From Candidatus Helarchaeota archaeon (GTDB taxonomy: Archaea; Asgardarchaeota; Lokiarchaeia; Helarchaeales; RDOG01), in contig JAHPZH010000006.1 in NCBI GenBank assembly GCA_019058315.1, positions 107,052-139,051 of the forward strand: a stretch of 32,000 nucleotides of DNA. Reading direction: 5' to 3'. The position numbers and the translations under genes were made by a program. The notes below the pieces were generated by a model. The model did not search any database and had not been told where the DNA came from. It saw only the letters and a program-made list of their open reading frames with translations. Below, piece after piece: positions 25,515 through 32,000 of this stretch (positions within the stretch are counted from its first letter, which is position 1; each line of letters begins with the position of its first letter).

Positions 25515-27176
25515 ATGCCAACTTTAAATTTCAGTTATAATGATTTATGTAAATTAATAGGAAAGAAAATTGAAAAAAAACAGCTTGAAGAGCTAATATT
25601 ATTAAATAAAGGTGAGGTAGAGGACTGGATAGATGATGAAATGACTGTAGAGGTAACGAGTGATAGAGTAGATTTATTATCTGTTGAAGGTATTGCAAGA
25701 GCTATAAAAGGTTTTTTAGAAATCGAATTGGGCATACCCAAATATCCAGTTCAAAAATCAAATGTAAAACTTTCAGTTGATGAAGCGGTAAATCAAGTAA
25801 GACCATTTGTCGTAAGTGGAATAATAGAAGATGTAGAATTAACAGATACAAGTGTTGCTCAACTCATGCAAATGCAGGAAAAATTACATACAACTCATTG
25901 CCGTAATCGTCGGAAAGCATCGATAGGAGTACATGATTTGGATAAAATTAAACCTCCAATTACATACACAGCTAAAAAACCAGAAGATATATATTTTATT
26001 CCGTTACAAGAATCTAAAGCTATGGATGGAAATGAAATCCTTCGCAAAGTTAAAAAAGGGATTGAATATGCACCCCTCATCCAAAATTCTCCAGTATATC
26101 CACTAATTATAGATTCTGAAGAAACTATTCTTTCACTTCCTCCTATTATAAATTCTGTAGATACAGCGGTAGATCCAGATACAAGAAATTTATTTTTTGA
26201 AATTACTTGTTTGGATGAGCAAGTAGCACTTATTGCATTGAATGTTCTTCTATGTAATATAAGTGAAAGAAGAGGAACTATAAAAACAGTTGAAGTAGAA
26301 TATCATGATGGTCGAATTATAAATCTTCCAGATTTAACCCCTCAAACAAAGACTCTCCACTTAGATTATACAAATCAAGTCCTTGGTTTAAAATTGAATT
26401 TAAAAGAACTTAATAAATTGATTAAAAAGTCTAGAATGGAAGCAAATCCAAAGGATAAAAATACTGTCGAAGTTTTAGTACCATCTTTTAGGTCAAATAT
26501 TCTTCATGAAATTGATTTAATCGAGGATATTTCAATTGCATATGGCTATAATAAGTTTATAACCGATTTACCCCAAGTCATTACAATAGGTAAAGAAAGT
26601 AAAAAAGCGATATTTACTCGAAAAATCAGGGAATTAATGGTCGGTTTTGGATTTCAAGAAGTATCTAATTATATAATGACCAACAAGGAATATTTATTTT
26701 CAAATATGAATTTAAAAGAAGATGAAATAGTAGAAATCGCAAATCCAGTCAGTACAACCTATTCTGTACTTAGAAATAGTCTCATCCCTAGTATGCTAAA
26801 TTTCCTGAAAAATAATTTACATGCTGTATATCCTCAAAAAACCTTCGAAACTGGTGATGTAGTTATTGTTGATAAAAAATCTCAAACAAAAACTAATACT
26901 TTAAGCAGATTATGTGCAGCTATTACGAGTTTTTCAATTTCCTTTGAAAATATTCAAGCAATATTATTTTCACTTTTTCAAAATCTAGACTTAAAAAACA
27001 TAAAATTAGAATCCGTCGAACATAATAGTTTCATTCAAGGGCGCGTTGCCGAAATTCATGTAAATAATAAAAAAATTGGAATAATTGGTGAAATTTCCAT
27101 ACCCGTACTTAAAAATTTCGCCTTAGAAAATCCTGTTGCATTATTTGAAATTAATTTAGATAATTTATTGAGTTAA
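25515..27176 (+). CDS. pheT: Phenylalanine--tRNA ligase beta subunit (archaeal type)
   Basis: 553 aa. The N-terminus MPTLNFSYNDLCKLIGK, the B3/4-like block DRVDLLSVEGIARA and the class-II-like C-terminal core fit PheT. A GGAG lies 9 nt upstream of the ATG. Confidence 0.9.
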   Translation: MPTLNFSYNDLCKLIGKKIEKKQLEELILLNKGEVEDWIDDEMTVEVTSDRVDLLSVEGIARAIKGFLEIELGIPKYPVQKSNVKLSVDEAVNQVRPFVVSGIIEDVELTDTSVAQLMQMQEKLHTTHCRNRRKASIGVHDLDKIKPPITYTAKKPEDIYFIPLQESKAMDGNEILRKVKKGIEYAPLIQNSPVYPLIIDSEETILSLPPIINSVDTAVDPDTRNLFFEITCLDEQVALIALNVLLCNISERRGTIKTVEVEYHDGRIINLPDLTPQTKTLHLDYTNQVLGLKLNLKELNKLIKKSRMEANPKDKNTVEVLVPSFRSNILHEIDLIEDISIAYGYNKFITDLPQVITIGKESKKAIFTRKIRELMVGFGFQEVSNYIMTNKEYLFSNMNLKEDEIVEIANPVSTTYSVLRNSLIPSMLNFLKNNLHAVYPQKTFETGDVVIVDKKSQTKTNTLSRLCAAITSFSISFENIQAILFSLFQNLDLKNIKLESVEHNSFIQGRVAEIHVNNKKIGIIGEISIPVLKNFALENPVALFEINLDNLLS

Positions 27177-27189
27177 TATTTTTTATAAA

Positions 27190-27897
27190 ATGGTGTTTTT
27201 TATTTCTGTGCAAGGTTTAAATTTTATAAAATTATGCCAAAAAATTGTCCAGAATTCAAAGAAGAATTTTTGGAGACTAAGAAAATACAAGTTATCCCCA
27301 AAGACCAATATTATTTCAGTCTCTAAAAAATTGAAAGTTGCCCCTGTGCTTATTATTCGTGAAATTCTTAAAAGAAGAGAGTATTCTAGAAACGATATTA
27401 ATAAAATTTTAAGAAAAGAAATTCCTGCACCATCAGAATTAGAAGAATTAATCGATTTAGCTTGCAGAAATGATCCAGTATATTCTCCTTTAGGGCTGGA
27501 ACTTTCTCGAGAGCGTGGAGAAGAAGGAGAAAATCTGATCAAATTGTGGTTAGAATCAAAAGAGTTGAAATTTGAGCGAGATTTAGGTAGTGGTATTTCC
27601 TTTCCCGATTTCTATTTAGAAAAACCGATAAATATCTTTGGAAATCATATTGATTGGATTGAAAGCAAATGTTATTTTGGCGAAAAAGACGAATTAATTG
27701 AAGATGAAGAACAGTTTAAAAGATTCGATTCAATGGGAAAAGGAGTAATTATTTATTGGTTTGGATTTGAGAAAAAAACTAAACGATTTATGATATCTGG
27801 AATGGATTTCAGAAAACTTCTCCCAGATCAATTAAAATCAAAAGTCGATTCATTACTTAACTTTGTACCTAAAGAATTTAATCATTTAATAAATTAG
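27190..27897 (+). CDS. PD-(D/E)xK nuclease-fold protein resembling eukaryotic CDIN1/C15orf41 (TPD domain), with an N-terminal helical/HTH-like region
   Basis: The block SFPDFYLEKPINIFGNHIDWIESKCYFGEKDE...GKGVIIYWFGFE contains the D...E-x-K catalytic pattern. From memory it lines up with the human CDIN1 block TPDFIL...HWIESKASFGDE...VIYWYGF. The start is uncertain. Confidence 0.5.
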   Translation: MVFFISVQGLNFIKLCQKIVQNSKKNFWRLRKYKLSPKTNIISVSKKLKVAPVLIIREILKRREYSRNDINKILRKEIPAPSELEELIDLACRNDPVYSPLGLELSRERGEEGENLIKLWLESKELKFERDLGSGISFPDFYLEKPINIFGNHIDWIESKCYFGEKDELIEDEEQFKRFDSMGKGVIIYWFGFEKKTKRFMISGMDFRKLLPDQLKSKVDSLLNFVPKEFNHLIN

Positions 27898-28057
27898 ATA
27901 TCAAAAATCTAAATTATTTACTTGTTCTTTTTATAAAAATTCGGTTTTCTTTATTTTTTATTATTAAAGTCGAAAATTAAATTCATTTGCGTTATTCTAG
28001 GAGTTTTTAACTGTTTCTCAAATAAAATTTGTGAAAATTATTAAATAGTGAAAATTA

Positions 28058-28645
28058 TTGGAAGATAAATACATTTTTGAAATACAAGAAAAACAGCAGA
28101 AGATTGAAGCTGTAAAACAAGATTTTGAACGAGAAGTATTAAAAAAGATTGGAGATGTACTAATACACGAAATAGGTAATATAATTGAGAAACATAATCT
28201 TGAACATGGTATTCAGCATTATAAAATTTTCAATATTGCATTTCCAAATTATTTAAAATTAATGTTTAATCTATTTAATAAGAACAATTTGTTAAGTGAA
28301 ACTGCATTATTTTACGTTTTTTTGAATCTTAAAAATTTACCAACAGAATATGAAAAAAAATATGAACAAAACATTCAAATAATTTTAAAAATTCTCAAGG
28401 ATTCCTCAGATATTAAAAATTTAATTTTAGTAAGTTCAGAAAATACTAATGATACACAATTTTGGGTAAAAGTTCAAGTTCCAAAAAAATTAGCGCCTCA
28501 ATTGGAACAACTGGGAGATAATGCCTCATACTTTTTAATTTATGGAGTTTTAGCAATAATTAAATGGCTAGATCTATTAAGCCCAAAATTTCTACCAGAA
28601 TTTAATAATTACGAAAAATATTTTCAAAATTATTTAATAAGTTGA
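28058..28645 (+). CDS. Hypothetical protein
   Basis: A 195-aa ORF with a TTG start, helical and Lys/Glu/Asn-rich. No motif recognised. Confidence 0.4.
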   Translation: MEDKYIFEIQEKQQKIEAVKQDFEREVLKKIGDVLIHEIGNIIEKHNLEHGIQHYKIFNIAFPNYLKLMFNLFNKNNLLSETALFYVFLNLKNLPTEYEKKYEQNIQIILKILKDSSDIKNLILVSSENTNDTQFWVKVQVPKKLAPQLEQLGDNASYFLIYGVLAIIKWLDLLSPKFLPEFNNYEKYFQNYLIS

Positions 28646-28649
28646 AAAA

Positions 28650-29357
28650 TTAAGTCAATTTAACGACAGCTGTTCCAGCTATTGATTGCCGTTCTCTCTT
28701 CATTTCAAATTCTATAATTTTATTTGAATTTTCTTTTTTTAATTCAACAACTATTTTTTCATTTGGATTTGCCCAAATCTTGACGGCTCCTTCTTCAATA
28801 CTTAAAAAATTTACTTTCTCAACACCTTCAGCTTCGAAATCAATTATTTTTTTGATATCTTTAATTTTTTCGTCTTCAAACTTGTAATTTAATTTAAAAT
28901 TCAATTTTGCATTTAATAAATTCTTTTTTAATGAATCCTCATCAATTTTTTCATCTTTTAATAATAATTGTCCAAAGATAAGTGGTGTATAGGTGTATTG
29001 TTTTAATTCTAAATTCACAGTTTTATCGGTCTCATTTTTTTCTATAATTTTTGCTCGACTAACAATTGTATCTTTGGGACGACAACTTCCAATAAATTTT
29101 ATTTCGATTTTTTCAATAGCTTCTGATGAATTCGCCCAATCTGTTAAAGCTTGTTGCATATAAGCTGCAAAAAATAATCCATGAGCGATAACACCATTTA
29201 AACCAGTCCGCCATGCTGCCCAATCGTCCATATGAATGGGATTTCTATCACCAGATGCATAACCATATTCTCTTATCATCTTACGATTCAAAGATTCTTT
29301 AACAAGTGGTGTGATTTCATCCCCTACTTTAATTTCATTAAACTTTGGTAGAACCAA
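28650..29357 (-). CDS. MaoC-like (R)-specific enoyl-CoA hydratase/dehydratase hotdog protein with an inserted ~90-aa module
   Basis: The MaoC signature is ASGDRNPIHMDDWAAWRTGLNGVIAHGLFFAAYM. The terminal hotdog strands IIEFEMKRERQSIAGTAVVKL are separated from the core by a Lys/Glu-rich insert. Confidence 0.75.
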   Translation of the reverse strand: MVLPKFNEIKVGDEITPLVKESLNRKMIREYGYASGDRNPIHMDDWAAWRTGLNGVIAHGLFFAAYMQQALTDWANSSEAIEKIEIKFIGSCRPKDTIVSRAKIIEKNETDKTVNLELKQYTYTPLIFGQLLLKDEKIDEDSLKKNLLNAKLNFKLNYKFEDEKIKDIKKIIDFEAEGVEKVNFLSIEEGAVKIWANPNEKIVVELKKENSNKIIEFEMKRERQSIAGTAVVKLT

Positions 29358-29464
29358 AAAATCATCTCTGTAAATTTAATTAAATTCATTTAAAATAAAA
29401 TAGAGTAATTTAAATTATAAAATATTTTTGATTTTTTTATAAAATTAAAAAAAAGAAAATATAA

Positions 29465-30148
29465 TTATTTTATAGCTACAGTTCCAGTTCCTACTATTGA
29501 GTCTCTATTCCTAACTATTCCGAATTTGAATTTTTCACCCTTCTTTTTACCGATAAATTCTGCAGTTACTTTATCCTTGCCTGCTCTAAGCCAATCGCGT
29601 ACAAGAGGCTCATCAGCCATTAAATCTTTCCGACGAGTGTCAATACCTTTTGGCTCAAATATTAATTCGTGTTTCTTTTCACCTGTCGCCGTAAAATCAA
29701 TATTGATTTTAATTGGAGTCTCTGCCAATACCTTTAGGATTTCTTCATCGCTCAAATTAGATTTTGCTTTACCTCTTAAATAATAGGTTTTTGTTGTGGT
29801 AATTATATCTAAATCAGCCAGTTTTTCGCCGTCTTTTTCATATTTCTTTGTAACAATGGCCTTAAATTCTACAATATCTCCAGGTCTGGTCATACCAGTC
29901 ATTCGTCCACCGTATTTCCTAACATTTTCGGCGCCAACCCAATCAACTAACATTTTACCAATCATCGCATGAGTATATAATCCATGTGCTATTACTCCTT
30001 TATTGAATAAACCGGCAAATTCGTCCTGATGAATAGGGTTCTGATCTCCTCCAGCGTCAGCATAAACTTTAAATTCTGCTCTCATTAAAGGTCCGTATGT
30101 CATTGAAGTTCCCATTTCTCCTTCTTTAAGTTCATCCCAATTTACCAT
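29465..30148 (-). CDS. MaoC-like dehydratase hotdog protein (paralog of the downstream gene, same inserted module)
   Basis: The signature is AGGDQNPIHQDEFAGLFNKGVIAHGLYTHAMIG, and the terminal strands are FKFGIVRNRDSIVGTGTVAIK. I place the start at ATG 30148 (MVNWDEL), which is preceded by GGAGATGAT overlapping the upstream stop codon. The ORF-track start at 30193 would overlap the upstream gene by 34 nt. Confidence 0.75.
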   Translation of the reverse strand: MVNWDELKEGEMGTSMTYGPLMRAEFKVYADAGGDQNPIHQDEFAGLFNKGVIAHGLYTHAMIGKMLVDWVGAENVRKYGGRMTGMTRPGDIVEFKAIVTKKYEKDGEKLADLDIITTTKTYYLRGKAKSNLSDEEILKVLAETPIKINIDFTATGEKKHELIFEPKGIDTRRKDLMADEPLVRDWLRAGKDKVTAEFIGKKKGEKFKFGIVRNRDSIVGTGTVAIK

Positions 30149-30159
30149 AATATCATCTC

Positions 30160-30630
30160 CTAATCTTGAAGGTTGAAACCTCCTTTTTGACAAACTACTC
30201 CGATTTCAGAAATACAGACTGTCTTACCAACTTTTGATTCATCGCTACTCGCCACAACTTTTGATACAGCTTCTAAAGCCATAACAAGCATTCCATTTGA
30301 TTTTACTTCGATACTTTTTATACTCGGAACAGTTTCTACCTTATCTCCATCCTTAAGAGGTGGGGCACCTTTTGGAAAAGTATATACTTGTCCTCCATGC
30401 AGAATTGCTAAAGGATTGGTAATAATACCCGATCCATCCGCATTTTTTGCACTCCCAGCACCTCCAAGAGCTGGAAAAACGTACGCATTCGCATAAGCTG
30501 GATGTGCAATGGGATCATCTCCAAAAAATTCAGGTTGTGTAGCTCCAATGCTTTCAGCAAACGCAACTAATTTTTTCTTCTTAATTTTAAATTTAGTTCC
30601 TTTCAAAGTTTGACCAATTAATCCCGACAT
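30160..30630 (-). CDS. MaoC_dehydrat_N / HadA-like non-catalytic hotdog subunit
   Basis: LIGQTLKGTKFKIKKKKLVAFAESIGATQPEFFGDDPIAHPAYANAYVF fits the N-terminal-type hotdog family. This family partners MaoC catalytic subunits, as in HadAB/HadBC. Confidence 0.6.
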   Translation of the reverse strand: MSGLIGQTLKGTKFKIKKKKLVAFAESIGATQPEFFGDDPIAHPAYANAYVFPALGGAGSAKNADGSGIITNPLAILHGGQVYTFPKGAPPLKDGDKVETVPSIKSIEVKSNGMLVMALEAVSKVVASSDESKVGKTVCISEIGVVCQKGGFNLQD

Positions 30631-30810
30631 TGTTAATCAACTCAAAATTATTTTTTATTTGCTAATGTTTTTCAATACTATTTTGAGATTTTAATTTTTT
30701 TTGTCATATTTCGAATATATGAAGTCAAGGAAATGGGAAGATTTCTCTAAAAAAAATATTAAAAAGTAAATACTTTTGAAAAAATTTTTATCCAACTAAT
30801 CAAATATTAT

Positions 30811-31102
30811 ATTTGGATGAAGGAATAATCTTCTTCATCGAGGACCAATTGAAAAAATGATGATATTTGGTGCAAAAAAAGAAGTACATCCGGACAGAAA
30901 CTACTACTAATCCATAGATGGGCTCTTCTTGATGATAATGGTGAGTGCCTAGAGATGAAAGGAAGTCAGCTTACCCAGGTGGAATACAAGTAGTTTCCTT
31001 TAAGCTGGTGGTAATCCCTACATGAGAGAACTTGCCAGAGGATTGGACTAATGTCTAACAGTGAAGGTAGGAGTTAGTGTTTAGGGGTACAGCCAGCTCC
31101 CC
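30811..31102 (+). ncRNA. Candidate structured non-coding RNA, class unknown
   Basis: This stretch is noticeably richer in G+C than any other intergenic DNA in the window. It has no ORF above about 16 codons and a dense series of perfect local helices. It ends in a GGGG...CCCC hairpin followed by T7. The strand is inferred from that T-tract. Confidence 0.3.
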
Positions 31103-31109
31103 TTTTTTT
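31084..31109 (+). terminator. Hairpin plus T7 tract (candidate archaeal terminator of the upstream RNA)
   Basis: GGGGTACAGCCAGCTCCCC is followed by TTTTTTT (31103-31109). Confidence 0.35.
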
Positions 31110-31965
31110 AATTGACAAGGATATCAAGACAAACATGATTTACATGGGGACGATAAGATTTTATAAATTCTATATGGTCTAATTTAGCCTTTTTATTCAT
31201 TTCTTTGTTAATAGAAGAAACATCTTCTAATAAAATTTCGGGAGGATCTGAATCTCTTAAAAGTCCTTCATAATGAATTATGCATTTTTCTGGATTTAAT
31301 ACCTGAAATGCAGTGGGTAATGCATCTTTAGGGGATGGCAATAATCCCATAATTATTCTATCTGCTTTTTCTTTGATTTTCAAAGCCTCAGTCTTACAAT
31401 CTCCTAAAATTGGAATAATTTTATCCGAAACTTTATTAATTTGAATATTTTCAACTAAGTAATTATAAGCAATTGGATTCATTTCAAAAGCAAATATCTT
31501 TTTTGGATTAGCTAATCTTGCAATATTAAGGCAAAAATAACCTATTCCAGCAAAAAAATCAAAAATAATTTCATTTTCTTTAACTAATTTGGGATATCTT
31601 TTTCGCTCATTTATGTTTCCTTTAGCAAACATTATTTTACTTACATCCAGTTTATACAAGGTCCCATGTTCTTTATGAATTGTTTCAGTTGACTTTCCGA
31701 CGACTAATTCAATTTGTGGAGTTCGAAATTGACTATAAATTGCACCTTTATTGAGACAAATAGCATCGCAATTCGAAACAATATTTTGAACAGCTTCAGC
31801 AATAACTTTCTTATTTTTCCATAATTGGTTCTTAAGGTTTAATATAACAATTGTACCAATTTGTTGGAAACCCGAAGGAAGGAATTTCATCTCATTTTCA
31901 TTTAAAATTCCTTTTAACGCTTCTCGCAACTTTTTTTTAAAAGAACTCTTCACTTCAATAACCAA
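31108..31965 (-). CDS. Trm5/Taw2 (Met-10+) family tRNA position-37 modification enzyme (m1G37 methyltransferase or wyosine aminocarboxypropyltransferase)
   Basis: YKLDVSKIMFAKGNINERKR, the SAM-binding FDFFAGIGYFCLNIA and DRIIMGLLPSP. The 285-aa size and layout resemble the short Taw2-type members. TTG start. Confidence 0.75.
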   Translation of the reverse strand: MVIEVKSSFKKKLREALKGILNENEMKFLPSGFQQIGTIVILNLKNQLWKNKKVIAEAVQNIVSNCDAICLNKGAIYSQFRTPQIELVVGKSTETIHKEHGTLYKLDVSKIMFAKGNINERKRYPKLVKENEIIFDFFAGIGYFCLNIARLANPKKIFAFEMNPIAYNYLVENIQINKVSDKIIPILGDCKTEALKIKEKADRIIMGLLPSPKDALPTAFQVLNPEKCIIHYEGLLRDSDPPEILLEDVSSINKEMNKKAKLDHIEFIKSYRPHVNHVCLDILVN

Positions 31966-32000
31966 TTTCCATCTAATGAAGGAAAATAGATGAATCTAAA

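Noticed and set aside
25535-26080. Two minus-strand ORFs of 60-70 aa inside pheT.
   Set aside because: They are antisense shadow ORFs.
27183-27542. 119-aa minus-strand ORF.
   Set aside because: It is entirely antisense to the better-supported CDIN1-like gene. It is low-complexity and Ser-rich, with no motif.
29526-29783. 85-aa plus-strand ORF inside the MaoC paralog.
   Set aside because: It is an antisense shadow ORF.
30149-30193. Upstream extension of the MaoC paralog (MSKRRFQPSRLGDDI...) overlapping the HadA-like gene by 34 nt.
   Set aside because: The internal ATG at 30148 is preceded by a GGAG-type box. It gives an N-terminus (MVNWDEL..) parallel to the paralog (MVLPKFNEI..), so the extension is probably not translated.
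30811-31107. RNase P RNA or SRP (7S) RNA identity for the intergenic structured element.
   Set aside because: There is no GAGGAAAGUCC-type CR-I with a matching ACAGAA..GGCUUA partner in the right order. There is no SRP helix-8 GGAA/AGCA motif. The element abuts a CDS, so no room is left for the missing 3' domains.
1-32000. CRISPR arrays, IS elements, integrases, toxin-antitoxin or restriction-modification/defence islands.
   Set aside because: No regularly spaced direct repeats, terminal inverted repeats or transposase/integrase/Cas-like ORFs were seen. The only nuclease-fold gene looks like a CDIN1-type housekeeping protein linked to pheT.

Overview
This is a very AT-rich archaeal chromosomal segment. 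All intergenic DNA is almost pure A/T, and several genes use TTG starts. The gene content points to an Asgard (Lokiarchaeia-like) genome. It carries a profilin next to a gelsolin-fold protein, and a Ras/Arf-type small GTPase fused to a longin/roadblock-like domain. It also carries a CDIN1/C15orf41-like nuclease and archaeal housekeeping genes: uL23-uL2, Lig1-type DNA ligase, PheS/PheT, Hel308, archaeal PPAT and a Trm5/Taw2-type methyltransferase. Other modules are a type IV pilus/archaellum-type ATPase with its membrane platform, a NikR-LarB-LarC nickel-pincer cofactor cluster, a B12-radical SAM enzyme and a HadABC-like trio of MaoC hotdog dehydratases. The most unusual part is a minus-strand stable-RNA cluster at 17.4-18.75 kb. 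It holds six tRNA genes with about 13 introns, up to four per gene and many at non-canonical positions. Upstream of them lies what reads as a circularly permuted 5S rRNA gene enclosed by a canonical bulge-helix-bulge processing motif. A second candidate structured RNA of unknown class lies at 30.8-31.1 kb. I saw no CRISPR array, transposase, integrase or obvious mobile element. All calls come from reading motifs by eye; no searches or folding programs were run.
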